From Candidatus Woesearchaeota archaeon (GTDB lineage: Archaea > Nanobdellota > Nanobdellia > Woesearchaeales > WJKV01), in contig JAHWHI010000036.1 in NCBI GenBank assembly GCA_019323355.1, forward strand, positions 1 through 38,554: a stretch of DNA of 38,554 nucleotides, in the 5' to 3' direction. Of the stretch, positions 6,526-16,002 are shown one piece after another. Under the pieces are notes generated by a model. That model ran no database searches. It saw nothing but the letters and a program-made list of their open reading frames with translations, and was not told the origin of the DNA. A program made the translations under genes and the position numbers. Position 1 is the first letter of the stretch. Every line of letters begins with the position of its first letter.

Positions 6526-8017
6526 CCAAAGATATAAGACTTTATTGTCGAATTATTTCAAGGACAGAACATTTGTCAAGTCAGACATAGATTCCTACAA
6601 CAATTTCATAAACTTCGGACTGCAGAAAGTTATTTCAGAACTAGAGGATATCGAGCCGACAATAATCCCGCACGATATCGAAGAATTGAAGATCAAGTTT
6701 GACAATGTACGTGTCGCAAAACCAATCATCATCGAGGCTGACGGCTCTGAAAGGAAGATATTTCCGCGGGAATCAAGACTTCGGAACATAACTTATTCTG
6801 CGCAGGTGATGGTCGATGTCTCGACGCATATCAATGGTGTGCAGAGAGAAGTGTTCACAGCGAATATCGGAAAGATACCTGTCATGCTGAAGAGCGACAT
6901 CTGCCATCTGAAAGGACTAGCAAAGGAACAGCTGGAAGAAGTGGGAGAAGATCCTAACGACCCTGGCGGATATTTCATAATCAACGGAACTGAACGTGTA
7001 CTTATCGCAATGGAAGACCTTGCACCGAATACTTTGTTCATCGAGAAAGCGTCAACAGGAACATCTGAATATGTTGGAAAACTTTTCTCACAGCGGGGAG
7101 CTTTCCGGATACTCCACAAGATGGAGCAACCTAAGGACGGCTTATTCTATCTTTCTTTCACACGTGTTTCCAAGATCCCGATCATTGTCATCATAAAAGC
7201 ATTAGGATTGATCAAAGACGAAGAGATCACGCATTTTGTCTCTTCTAAAAAAGATTATGATCCTGTTCTTGTCAACCTGTACAATTTCACAGACATCAAG
7301 ACAGAAGAGGACGCGCTTGATTATATCGCTAAAAAACTAAAGAGCACAAAACCAAAAGAGATACGGATACAGCGTATGCAAGAAACATTAGATAGATATC
7401 TGCTTCCTCATCTTGGAACTTCAAAAGAGGACCGGATCTACAAAGCATACAACCTGTGCAAGATGATCAAGAAATTCATCAGAGTCTCGGCAGGCGAGCT
7501 TCCAATCGATGACCGTGACCATTACGCTAACAAAAGACTGAAACTGAGCGGAGAGCTTCTTGAAGAGCTGTTCAGGACAAACCTGAGAAGCCTTGTCAAG
7601 GACCTGTTATATAATTTCCAGAGAATTGTCAAGCGTGGAAAGTTCCCGTCGATAAAAGTCATCATCCGGGACAAGCTGCTGACAAACAGCATATATTCTG
7701 CGATGGCCACAGGAAACTGGGTCGGCGCGAGAAAAGGTGTCAGCCAGAGGATACAAAGAGTAAATCATCTTGATACTATCTCTCACCTGCAGAGAGTTGT
7801 CTCACCGTTATCGCCTTCACAGGAAAATTTCGAGGCAAGAGCACTGCATCCAACACATCTTGGAAGACTGTGCCCTGTCGAGACCCCTGAAGGTACAAAC
7901 ATCGGACTGAGAAAAAACCTGGCCCTGCTCGCAGAAGTAAGCCAGGGTCTTGAAGGTGAAGAGCACCAGAAAACAATGGAGGCTTTACGTAATCTGGGAT
8001 TACGGTCAGTGAGATAA
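6518..8017 (+). CDS. rpoB2: DNA-directed RNA polymerase subunit B'' (N-terminal half of the split Rpo2)
   Basis: I prefer the ATG at 6518 (ATGGCTGA overlaps the rpoH stop) over the ORF-track TTG at 6512. Rpb2 N-terminal motifs are visible: GGYFIINGTERVLI, DDRDHYANKRL, LCPVETPEG.NIGL. Confidence 0.93.
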   Translation: MADQRYKTLLSNYFKDRTFVKSDIDSYNNFINFGLQKVISELEDIEPTIIPHDIEELKIKFDNVRVAKPIIIEADGSERKIFPRESRLRNITYSAQVMVDVSTHINGVQREVFTANIGKIPVMLKSDICHLKGLAKEQLEEVGEDPNDPGGYFIINGTERVLIAMEDLAPNTLFIEKASTGTSEYVGKLFSQRGAFRILHKMEQPKDGLFYLSFTRVSKIPIIVIIKALGLIKDEEITHFVSSKKDYDPVLVNLYNFTDIKTEEDALDYIAKKLKSTKPKEIRIQRMQETLDRYLLPHLGTSKEDRIYKAYNLCKMIKKFIRVSAGELPIDDRDHYANKRLKLSGELLEELFRTNLRSLVKDLLYNFQRIVKRGKFPSIKVIIRDKLLTNSIYSAMATGNWVGARKGVSQRIQRVNHLDTISHLQRVVSPLSPSQENFEARALHPTHLGRLCPVETPEGTNIGLRKNLALLAEVSQGLEGEEHQKTMEALRNLGLRSVR

Positions 8018-8018
8018 G

Positions 8019-9821
8019 ATGACAGAAGTGTTTATCGACTCAACATTTGTCGGAAAAGTAGAGGATCCGAAAGCATTTATCCAGCAGATCAAGGCTGAAC
8101 GTAGAGCCAACAATATCACAGGAGAGGTCAATGTCAGCTACGATGAACAGGCTGATATTATCAGGCTTGAACTTTCAAAAGGAAGGATAAGAAAACCTTT
8201 GATCATCGTCGAGAACGGAGAGCCTAAACTTAAGAAAGAGCATCTTGAGAAACTGGAGAAAGGCGAGCTTTCGTGGAACGATCTTGTTAAAACAGGAATA
8301 ATCGAATATGTTGATGCTAACGAGGAAGAGGACTGTCTTATCGCATTCTTCCCAAGGGACCTTACAAAAGAGCATACTCATCTTGAGATCGCTCCGTTTG
8401 CAATGCTAAGCCTGGCGACATCTATTGTTCCTTTCTCAAACTATTGTCTTGCTACAAGGACACACGGAGGTATGAAAAGCTCAAGACAGGCTCTTGGCCT
8501 TTACACTGCAAGCTTCGCAGTAAGGATGGACACTGACGTCAACCTTCTAACATACCCTCAGACGCCTATCGCGAAGACAATGATGTATGATATTGCAAAA
8601 GAGGACGAGCATCCTGCAGGACAGAATGTTGTCGTCGCTATCCTAAGCTATGAAGGCTATAACATGGATGACGCTATAATCCTTAATAGAGGAAGTGTCG
8701 ACCGTGGACTTGGACGTTCAATATATTTCAGGCCTTATGTCTCAGAAGAGCTGAGATATTCAGGAGGTCTTATCGACGAGATAAGCATTCCGGACAAAGA
8801 GGTCAAGGGATACAAATCCGAGAAAGACTACAGATTCCTTAACGACGACGGTGTCGCTTACATCGAGGCGCAGGTCAACCCAGACGATGTTGTCATAGGA
8901 AAGACATCCCCTCCAAGATTCCTGAGCGGAATGGACGAGTACACCTTAGGTACAAGCTCGAGAAGGGAATCCTCAACGTCAATACGGCACGGAGAGAAAG
9001 GAACTGTTGATTTTGTTGTGGTTACTGAAAATGAAGAAGGGAACAAGTTTGTCCAGGTAAGGGTTAGAGATCTTCGTCTTCCAGAGATTGGAGATAAGTT
9101 CTCGTCCAGGCACGGACAGAAAGGGGTAATCGGTATGCTTTATCCTCAGGCAGACATGCCGTTCACAGCCTCTGGAATTGTTCCTGACCTTATATTCTCG
9201 CCTCATTCCATACCAACTCGTATGACAATCTCGCACATGATCGAGCTTGTCGCTGGAAAAGTAGGCTGCATGTCAGGAAGATACATAGACGCTACTGCAT
9301 TCGACTCAGAACCAGAGAAAGCGCTTCGTGAAGAGCTCAAATCTCTTGGCTTCAGGGAGAACGGAACAGAGACATTGTACAACGGTCTTACCGGAGAGCA
9401 GTTCAAGGTCAAGATATTCATAGGAAACCAGTACTATCTAAAACTAAGGCACATGGTTGCAAATAAGATACACAGCAGAGCGACCGGTCCTATCACACTT
9501 CTTACAAGACAGCCTACAGAAGGTAAGGCAAAAGAGGGAGGTCTTCGTCTTGGAGAGATGGAGAAAGATACTTTCATTGCGCACGGTGCTGCACTACTGC
9601 TGAAAGAAAGGTTCGACTCAGACAAGACTATTGTTCCGATCTGCGAGCAGTGCGGAATGCTGGCTTTTGTCGACAAGTTCAAGAACAGAAACATCTGCCC
9701 TGTCTGCGGAGAGAACGCAGAGATCAGCCAGGTAGAGATGAGTTACGCTTTCAAATTGCTGCTCGACGAACTGAAGAGCATGGCAATCTATCCAGAACTA
9801 AAGCTGGAGGACCAATACTAA
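8019..9821 (+). CDS. rpoB1: DNA-directed RNA polymerase subunit B' (C-terminal half of Rpo2)
   Basis: 600 aa. Motifs GYN.DDAII.N, FSSRHGQKGV, GEMEKD and a C-terminal Zn ribbon (CEQCG...CPVCG). Starts 1 nt after the B'' stop. Confidence 0.95.
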   Translation: MTEVFIDSTFVGKVEDPKAFIQQIKAERRANNITGEVNVSYDEQADIIRLELSKGRIRKPLIIVENGEPKLKKEHLEKLEKGELSWNDLVKTGIIEYVDANEEEDCLIAFFPRDLTKEHTHLEIAPFAMLSLATSIVPFSNYCLATRTHGGMKSSRQALGLYTASFAVRMDTDVNLLTYPQTPIAKTMMYDIAKEDEHPAGQNVVVAILSYEGYNMDDAIILNRGSVDRGLGRSIYFRPYVSEELRYSGGLIDEISIPDKEVKGYKSEKDYRFLNDDGVAYIEAQVNPDDVVIGKTSPPRFLSGMDEYTLGTSSRRESSTSIRHGEKGTVDFVVVTENEEGNKFVQVRVRDLRLPEIGDKFSSRHGQKGVIGMLYPQADMPFTASGIVPDLIFSPHSIPTRMTISHMIELVAGKVGCMSGRYIDATAFDSEPEKALREELKSLGFRENGTETLYNGLTGEQFKVKIFIGNQYYLKLRHMVANKIHSRATGPITLLTRQPTEGKAKEGGLRLGEMEKDTFIAHGAALLLKERFDSDKTIVPICEQCGMLAFVDKFKNRNICPVCGENAEISQVEMSYAFKLLLDELKSMAIYPELKLEDQY

Positions 9822-9822
9822 G

Positions 9823-12450
9823 ATGACAGAATATATCCATAAAAAAGTCAAGAATATCAAGTTCAGGATAATGTCGCCTAAGATAATCAAGAAGATGGCG
9901 GCTGCAAAAGTTGTAACACCTGAACTTTATGACAAGGAAGGCTACCCTGTAGACGGCGGTCTGATGGATATCCGTCTTGGTGTGATCGATCCAGGACTTA
10001 CATGCAAGACATGCGGTTCTAAACTGAAGGAATGTCCAGGCCATCCAGGATACATCGAGCTGGCACGTCCTGTAATTCATATTCAATTCGTAACAACAAT
10101 ACTTAATCTCCTGAGATGTTCGTGCCGGGAGTGCGGAAGGATACTCGCATCCGAGGCTGAGATCGGCGCACAGAAAAGAAAACTGAAAAAAGTCTCAGAA
10201 GAAAGAGGATTAAAAGAGACAAATGCTGTCATCAAAGGTTTCCTCCAGAAAGTAAGGGCTAACAACAAATGCCCTCACTGCAGGTCAAGACAGATTCCAG
10301 TTGTCCTCGAGAAACCTACAAGGTTCATGGAGAAAGAGAAAAGATTGTCTCCTATCGAAATAAGAAGCAGGCTGGAAAATATTCCAGACGCAGATGTTGA
10401 ACTGTTCGGGATCGATCCACAGGCATTGAGACCAGAGTGGATGATACTGACAATCCTGCCTATTCCATCAGTAAGCATGAGACCTTCCATCACACTCCAG
10501 TCTGGAGAGCGTGCAGAAGACGACCTTACACACAAGCTCGGAGATATTGTCCGTATCAACCAGAGACTGTTCGAGAACATCAACGCCGGAGCTCCTGAAA
10601 TTATTATCGAAGATCTTTGGGATCTTCTGCAGTATCACGTTACTACATTTTTCAAGAATAATGTTGCACAGCTTCCTCCTGCAAGGCATAGAAGCGGAGA
10701 ACCGCTGAAGACCTTAAGAGACAGGATAGAGAGCAAGCAGGGAAGGATAAGACATAATCTTGCAGGTAAGAGGACAAACTACAGCGCGCGTACAGTTATC
10801 TCACCAGACGCTATGCTTAAGATCAACGAAGTAGGTGTTCCGTCCGAGATGGCGAACAAACTGACTGTCCCTGAGAGAGTGACTGCATGGAATCTTGAAT
10901 ACTTGAAAACACTTATACAGAAAGGGCCTGATACTTATCCTGGCGCAAACTATGTCACAAGGCCTGACGGCAGAAGAAAAAGGATCACAGACGAGACAAA
11001 AGAGGAGCTGCTTGAGGAGCTTGAGCCAGGTTATATTGTAGAGCGTCATATCATCGACGGTGATGTCGCACTTTTCAACAGGCAGCCTTCACTCCACAGG
11101 ATGAGCATGATGTGCCACCGTGTAAAAGTCCTCGACGGAAAGACACTGCGTATGAATGTCGCAGTATGTAAGCCGTACAACGCAGACTTTGACGGTGACG
11201 AGATGAACCTTCACATTCCGCAGACAGAAGAGGCTCGTGCAGAAGCAGAGATACTGATGGAAGTTCCGACACAATTGATCAGTCCAGCGTTCGGCCTGTC
11301 AGTCATGGGCTGTGTACAGGACGCTGTCACTGGAAATTATATCCTGACAAGCGCTGTCAAGATGTCGCGCGGAGAGGCAATAGAACTGTTATATTCAATC
11401 GGTGTCGATGATTTCACAAAATTGCGGAAGAACGAGCTCACTGGAAAAGAAATTTTCTCAGCCATACTTCCTAATGATTTCAATTTCACAGGAAGGAACA
11501 ATGCATGCATTGCTCCAGGAGATCCGTGCAAGACCTGTCCAAAGTGGAAGAATGGCAAATGTGTCCTTGACGCCCGTATCGATATCACAGACGGACAGCT
11601 TACAAACGGAATAATTGACAGCAAGCAGCTGTCTTCAGGTTCTGGCTTTCTGCTTCGGAACATCCACAAGCAGTACGGACCTGACATGACCGCTATCATA
11701 CTTACAAATCTTTTCAAACTTGGAATAAAGGTCCTTCTGAAGTACGGATTCACTGTCGGACTTGGAGATGTCGAGCTGACAGAGGATATCCAGAAAGAGA
11801 TCAAGGATGAGCTTAACAATGCCTATGAAGAGGTTGACAAAGTAATTGCGCAGTACAACAGCGGAGACCTTAAGGAGCTTCCAGGAAGGACTGCGCGTGA
11901 AACATTAGAGAACATGATCCTGGGAATACTTAACAAGGCAAGGAACAAGACAGGAGAGATTGTCGCACGGCATGCAAAACACGACAACCCTGTCCTTACA
12001 ATGGCACGATGCGGCCGTGGTAGGACACTGAACCTTGCAATGATGACCGGTTGTGTCGGACAGCAGTCACTGAGAGGAGGACGTATCGGAGAAGGTTTCT
12101 ACAACAGAAGCCTGTCATGTTTCAGACGGAATGATCTTGGCGCTGCTGCGCACGGTTTTGTAAAGAACAGTTTCAAGGACGGACTTTCACCAGCAGAGTT
12201 CTTCTTCGGAGCGATTACAGGAAGAGACTCCCTGATGGACACTGCTCTTAGAACTCCAAGATCAGGATATCTATATAGAAGGTTGTCAAACGCAATGCAG
12301 GATCTGAAGATAGAGTATGACGGAACAGTGCGTGACGCTTCAAAACAGATCATCCAGTTCAGCTACGGAGAGGATGGAGTTGACGTTGCAAAATCAGAAA
12401 ACGGAACAATCAATGTACAAAAGATAATCACAAATATTTGCGGAGAATAA
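9823..12450 (+). CDS. rpoA1: DNA-directed RNA polymerase subunit A' (Rpo1N)
   Basis: 875 aa. Zn-binding CKTCG...CPGH, the catalytic NADFDGDEMNLH motif, RQPSLHRMSMM. Confidence 0.96.
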   Translation: MTEYIHKKVKNIKFRIMSPKIIKKMAAAKVVTPELYDKEGYPVDGGLMDIRLGVIDPGLTCKTCGSKLKECPGHPGYIELARPVIHIQFVTTILNLLRCSCRECGRILASEAEIGAQKRKLKKVSEERGLKETNAVIKGFLQKVRANNKCPHCRSRQIPVVLEKPTRFMEKEKRLSPIEIRSRLENIPDADVELFGIDPQALRPEWMILTILPIPSVSMRPSITLQSGERAEDDLTHKLGDIVRINQRLFENINAGAPEIIIEDLWDLLQYHVTTFFKNNVAQLPPARHRSGEPLKTLRDRIESKQGRIRHNLAGKRTNYSARTVISPDAMLKINEVGVPSEMANKLTVPERVTAWNLEYLKTLIQKGPDTYPGANYVTRPDGRRKRITDETKEELLEELEPGYIVERHIIDGDVALFNRQPSLHRMSMMCHRVKVLDGKTLRMNVAVCKPYNADFDGDEMNLHIPQTEEARAEAEILMEVPTQLISPAFGLSVMGCVQDAVTGNYILTSAVKMSRGEAIELLYSIGVDDFTKLRKNELTGKEIFSAILPNDFNFTGRNNACIAPGDPCKTCPKWKNGKCVLDARIDITDGQLTNGIIDSKQLSSGSGFLLRNIHKQYGPDMTAIILTNLFKLGIKVLLKYGFTVGLGDVELTEDIQKEIKDELNNAYEEVDKVIAQYNSGDLKELPGRTARETLENMILGILNKARNKTGEIVARHAKHDNPVLTMARCGRGRTLNLAMMTGCVGQQSLRGGRIGEGFYNRSLSCFRRNDLGAAAHGFVKNSFKDGLSPAEFFFGAITGRDSLMDTALRTPRSGYLYRRLSNAMQDLKIEYDGTVRDASKQIIQFSYGEDGVDVAKSENGTINVQKIITNICGE

Positions 12451-12452
12451 AA

Positions 12453-13598
12453 ATGTCAGAAGACTTGATCAAAGAATACACAGGACTTATCCCAGAGAAA
12501 CTGCTAGATGATGTCAGGAAACACCTGCCGCCAAAGGCAAAGAAGGCTGATGTCAAGAAGATACTTGACCTACTGAAGGAAGAGTACGACAGCATCCAGG
12601 TCGAAGCAGGGGAATGTGTAGGTCTTGTCGCTGCTGAAAGTATAGGAGAGCCTGGCACACAGATGACCCTGAACACAAAACACTTCGGTGGTGTAGCAGA
12701 GCTTCAGGTCACATTAGGTCTTCCTAGGCTTATCGAGATATTTGACGGACGTGAAAACATATCAACTCCTATGATGGAGATCCATCTGAAGAACCAGAAA
12801 TGTTCTGTCGAGGAAGTCACAAAGATCGCAGGAAAGATCAAAGAGACCCCTCTCTCCGAGCTTGCGCAGAGTTTCGAGGTAAACATCGCTGACGCGACAA
12901 TCGAGGTCGAGCTCGACAAAGAAGCTGTTGCACAGGCAGGCATCAGGGTCGCGACAATCGTGAAGAGGCTCCAGCTGGGGCTGAAGAATGTCAGTGTCAA
13001 GAATAAGGATGACACCATACTGATCAAAGTCACCAAGGAAGGTGACGAACTCAACAAATTGTACCATGTAAAGGAGGAGTCAAAGAAAGTCTTTGTCTCT
13101 GGCATCAAAGGAGTGAGCCAGGTCCTTCCTGTCAAGATAGGAGACAGGTATGTCATCAAGACTGCTGGATCAAACCTAAAGTCTGTACTGAAAATGGATG
13201 AAGTTGATCCCTACAAGACAAAGTCAAATGATATCCACGAGATACGGAAAGTGCTTGGACTCGAGGCTGCAAGGCAGATGATAATCGACGAAGCAATCAA
13301 TGTCCTTGAGACACAGGGTCTTGATATCAACATAAGGCACATCATGATCGCAGCTGACACTATGACTGTGGCCGGCGAGATAAGAGGAATCACACGTTAC
13401 GGTATTGTCGGAGAGAAAAGCTCTGTGCTTGCGCGTGCATCTTTCGAGACACCGATAAAGCATATCATCTCTGCTTCTGAAAGGGGAGAGATCGATGAAC
13501 TGAACAGTGTGATCGAGAATGTTATGATCAACCAGCCTGTTCCTATCGGGACAGGTCTTCCTGGATTAAGAACAAAAGAAGAAGGGAAACCGAAATGA
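12453..13598 (+). CDS. rpoA2: DNA-directed RNA polymerase subunit A'' (Rpo1C)
   Basis: I prefer the ATG at 12453 (MSEDLIKEY), 2 nt after the A' stop, over the ORF-track TTG at 12438. Trigger-loop region GEPGTQMTLNTKHFGGVA is present. Confidence 0.93.
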   Translation: MSEDLIKEYTGLIPEKLLDDVRKHLPPKAKKADVKKILDLLKEEYDSIQVEAGECVGLVAAESIGEPGTQMTLNTKHFGGVAELQVTLGLPRLIEIFDGRENISTPMMEIHLKNQKCSVEEVTKIAGKIKETPLSELAQSFEVNIADATIEVELDKEAVAQAGIRVATIVKRLQLGLKNVSVKNKDDTILIKVTKEGDELNKLYHVKEESKKVFVSGIKGVSQVLPVKIGDRYVIKTAGSNLKSVLKMDEVDPYKTKSNDIHEIRKVLGLEAARQMIIDEAINVLETQGLDINIRHIMIAADTMTVAGEIRGITRYGIVGEKSSVLARASFETPIKHIISASERGEIDELNSVIENVMINQPVPIGTGLPGLRTKEEGKPK

Positions 13599-13852
13599 TT
13601 GACGAACTAAAAGAAAGGATCGAGAAAAAACTTGTGACAATCGGAACAGAATCAACTCTGAAAAATCTTAGAGAAGGAAACCTGGAGAAAGTCTTTATCA
13701 CAAAGAACTGTCCAGAAGATGTCAGGGAAGATATCAAAGATTTCAGCGAAGAAGTCGAGATTGTTGAACTAGACAAGACAAACGAAGAACTTGGAGTTAT
13801 GTGCAAGAAACAGTATGCGATATCAGTTTTAGGATTTCTAAAGGAGAAGTAA
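13595..13852 (+). CDS. rpl30e: Ribosomal protein L30e (eL30)
   Basis: 85 aa. The pattern G...T.K.L..G...KV.I..N.P......I.......V.....ELG..C.K....SVL fits L30e. ATGA overlap with the rpoA2 stop. Gene order is the conserved archaeal one. Confidence 0.85.
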   Translation: MIDELKERIEKKLVTIGTESTLKNLREGNLEKVFITKNCPEDVREDIKDFSEEVEIVELDKTNEELGVMCKKQYAISVLGFLKEK

Positions 13853-14266
13853 ATGGCTATTAAATACGATATGGCAAGTATGCAATATATGTCTTCGTTC
13901 GAAAAGATCACAAGGAGCAAGCTCAAAGATTTCTTCCAGACAGAGGATATGCTTATCTTCATTGTCCAGCCGCTCCAGCTGAGAAGAGCTCTTGGACCGC
14001 AGGGAAAGAATGCGAAAATGCTGCGCCAGAAGTTCAACAAAAAGATAAAGATAGTTGAATACAATCCTAATGTAATCACATTCATCAAGAATATGATACA
14101 CCCGCTGAAAGCTGTGAATATCACAGATGAAGACGGTGTAGTGACAATAGAGGGTCCGGACAGGGAGACGAAAGCTTTATTAATAGGTAGAAATGCTTCC
14201 AATCTGAGGGCGCTGGAGAACGCTGTTAAGCGTTATTTCAGCATAAAAGAGATAAAAGTTGTGTAA
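13853..14266 (+). CDS. nusA: Archaeal NusA-like transcription termination factor (two KH domains)
   Basis: 137 aa. KH GxxG-like motifs ([23 protein letters not shown]). Conserved position between rpl30e and rps12. Confidence 0.85.
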   Translation: MAIKYDMASMQYMSSFEKITRSKLKDFFQTEDMLIFIVQPLQLRRALGPQGKNAKMLRQKFNKKIKIVEYNPNVITFIKNMIHPLKAVNITDEDGVVTIEGPDRETKALLIGRNASNLRALENAVKRYFSIKEIKVV

Positions 14267-14268
14267 AA

Positions 14269-14706
14269 ATGGGAAAAAAACCACGTGGACTGAACGCTGG
14301 AAAGAAACTCGCAAAGAGAAGACGAGTCAGCAGAAGGATGGACACTAAATATCTGATTAAATTGCATGATCTTAAAAGAAAAGCTGATCCGCTTGAAGGA
14401 GCGCACCAGGCAAAAGGCATTGTTCTTGAAAAAGTTGAACGTGAGGCAAAACAGCCAAACTCTGCAATGCGAAAATGCGTGCGTGTACAGCTGATCAAGA
14501 ACGGAAAACAAATAACAGCATTCGTTCCTGGAGACGGCGCGATCAAGATGGTTGACGAGCACGACCAGGTTGTCGTGGAGTGCATCGGCGGAACAAAAGG
14601 ACGGGCAAAGGGAGATATTCCTGCTGTCAAATGGCAGGTTATCAAGACAAACGACCAGTCACTTAAAGCATTGTTATCTGGAAAACTGGAAAAAGCTAGA
14701 AGATAA
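14269..14706 (+). CDS. rps12: Ribosomal protein S12 (uS12)
   Basis: 145 aa. [26 protein letters not shown] and GDIP.V.W are diagnostic. Confidence 0.96.
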   Translation: MGKKPRGLNAGKKLAKRRRVSRRMDTKYLIKLHDLKRKADPLEGAHQAKGIVLEKVEREAKQPNSAMRKCVRVQLIKNGKQITAFVPGDGAIKMVDEHDQVVVECIGGTKGRAKGDIPAVKWQVIKTNDQSLKALLSGKLEKARR

Positions 14707-14708
14707 AG

Positions 14709-15305
14709 ATGGAAGCGAAACTATTCAACAAATGGTCATTCGAAGGGATCAAGGTAGAAGATCCTGGACTGCAGAGATATGTTTCACTCCAGCCAGTAAT
14801 CATACCAAAAACAGGAGCGCACTATGTCGGGGCGCGTTTCCATAAGTCTGATACCAATATAATCGAGAGATTTGTCAACAAGATCATGGTCGCAGGACAC
14901 AAAGGAAAGAAACATTTCATTTCCTCTGGAAAAAGGACAGGAAAAGCAGCAAACGCTCTTGAGATCATGAAGAAGACAATGGAAATCATCGAAGAAAGAA
15001 CAAAAAAGAATCCTATTCTTGTTGTTGTAAAGGCGCTTGAGAACGCTGCTCCTCGTGAAGAAATAATCACCATTGAGTATGGTGGAGCACGTTATCCAAA
15101 AGCTGTCGAATGCGCTCCGCAAAGAAGGATCGATGTCGCTATCCGTCTTATGGTGCAAGGATCTTTCCAGAAAGCATTCAACAAAGGAAAGAAAGCTTAC
15201 GAGACACTGGCAGCAGAACTTATCAATGCTTACAATCTTTCAAACCAGTCAACTGCAATCTCCAAAAAACTGGAGATGGAAAGACAGTCTGATTCCAGCA
15301 GATAG
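14709..15305 (+). CDS. rps7: Ribosomal protein S7 (uS7)
   Basis: 198 aa. Archaeal S7/S5e pattern (LFNKWS...V.D.GL..Y, ERFVN.IM..G...GKK, AP.EE....YGGA.Y). Follows rps12. Confidence 0.93.
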   Translation: MEAKLFNKWSFEGIKVEDPGLQRYVSLQPVIIPKTGAHYVGARFHKSDTNIIERFVNKIMVAGHKGKKHFISSGKRTGKAANALEIMKKTMEIIEERTKKNPILVVVKALENAAPREEIITIEYGGARYPKAVECAPQRRIDVAIRLMVQGSFQKAFNKGKKAYETLAAELINAYNLSNQSTAISKKLEMERQSDSSR

Positions 15306-15306
15306 A

Positions 15307-15669
15307 ATGAAGACTGTTTTCATTGCGGGAAGCCGAAAATTCTACGATAAAATTGTCAATCTTATTTCAGAACTGAAAAAGAGAGATATTTCAGCTGATA
15401 AAGCAGAAGATTGGGATAAAACACAGAAAGATACATTCGAAAGCGAGAAAAAAGCATTGTTTGCTGCGTTTGAAAAGATCGACGATGCTGATATCGTGTA
15501 TATTTTCGCAGATAATGGATATATTGGAAAGACAGTCGCTATCGAGATTGCCTATGCATATGCGAAAGGCAAAGAGGTTGTCTCTTCTGAAGAACTTGAA
15601 GAGCTTTCAGCCCGCACACTTATTTCTAAAGTCATGAGCCCAGAAGAATTGATAGAATATTGCAAATAG
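15307..15669 (+). CDS. Small Rossmann-like protein, possibly nucleoside 2-deoxyribosyltransferase-like fold; function unknown
   Basis: 120 aa starting at ATG 15307, 1 nt after the rps7 TAG. The ORF-track N-terminal extension back to 15073 overlaps rps7 and is spurious. The sequence MKTVFIAGS...ADIVYIFA..GYIGKTVAIEIAYAYAKGK resembles the beta-alpha-beta core of the N-deoxyribosyltransferase/SLOG-like superfamily. This assignment is by eye only. Confidence 0.4.
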   Translation: MKTVFIAGSRKFYDKIVNLISELKKRDISADKAEDWDKTQKDTFESEKKALFAAFEKIDDADIVYIFADNGYIGKTVAIEIAYAYAKGKEVVSSEELEELSARTLISKVMSPEELIEYCK

Positions 15670-15673
15670 ATTA

Positions 15674-15678
15674 TTTTT
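15674..15678 (+). terminator. Oligo-T tract after the last gene of the rpo/S12/S7 operon
   Basis: TTTTT begins 5 nt after the stop at 15669. Archaeal RNAP terminates at oligo-dT runs. Confidence 0.35.
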
Positions 15679-15687
15679 CTGAAGAAC

Positions 15688-15921
15688 TTAGGTAGCAATA
15701 TTATTTACAAAACCTGATTCTGGCAATGCTGCTTGTGCTGCTGCCATCTCAACTGGCTCGCATCCGTATGGACATTCTGCTCCGATCATAGGCTCTGCAC
15801 TTGTCTCCATTACAAAATTCTCGCCATAGTTCAGGACCAATGCTCCAAGAGCAATTGCAAATGCTATCAGAAGTACAGTTGCTAACAATGGTGAAATCCC
15901 TCTTTTATTCAAAACTACCAC
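15688..15921 (-). CDS. Archaeal type IV pilin-like protein (class III signal peptide)
   Basis: 77 aa with a GTG start. N-terminus MVVLNKRG/ISPLLATVLLIAFAIALGALVL matches the prepilin peptidase (PibD/FlaK-type) KRG|ISP processing motif followed by a hydrophobic helix. Confidence 0.7.
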   Translation of the reverse strand: MVVLNKRGISPLLATVLLIAFAIALGALVLNYGENFVMETSAEPMIGAECPYGCEPVEMAAAQAALPESGFVNNIAT

Positions 15922-15945
15922 CTGAATATATGGATAGTCTTTTGG

Positions 15946-15953
15946 TATATAAG
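15946..15953 (-). promoter_or_regulatory. TATA box for the pilin-like gene
   Basis: CTTATATA on the minus strand, 24 nt upstream of the GTG start at 15921. Confidence 0.5.
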
Positions 15954-15973
15954 CTTTTTGGGTGCAGAAAGAC

Positions 15974-15981
15974 TTAAATAG
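15974..15981 (+). promoter_or_regulatory. TATA box for the NFACT-R gene
   Basis: TTAAATAG, 21 nt upstream of ATG 16003. Confidence 0.45.
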
Positions 15982-16002
15982 CTTATTCCTATATATGAAT
16001 CC

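Noticed and set aside
8014-9835. Identical TAAGATGACAGAA junctions at rpoB''/B' (8014..8026) and rpoB'/A' (9818..9830)
   Set aside because: Both are stop-N-ATG couplings followed by Thr-Glu codons. A 13-nt match is most simply explained as convergent translational-coupling context, with no evidence of a mobile or recombination element.
41-12450. Inteins in nrdJ, rpoA' or rpoB'
   Set aside because: The catalytic motifs are contiguous and protein lengths are ordinary. No Cys/Ser-...-HN-Cys/Ser/Thr splice-junction blocks or homing-endonuclease (LAGLIDADG) motifs were seen.
15073-15306. N-terminal extension of ORF 15073..15669
   Set aside because: It overlaps rps7 in another frame. The ATG at 15307, immediately after the rps7 stop, gives a sensible beta-alpha-beta N-terminus.
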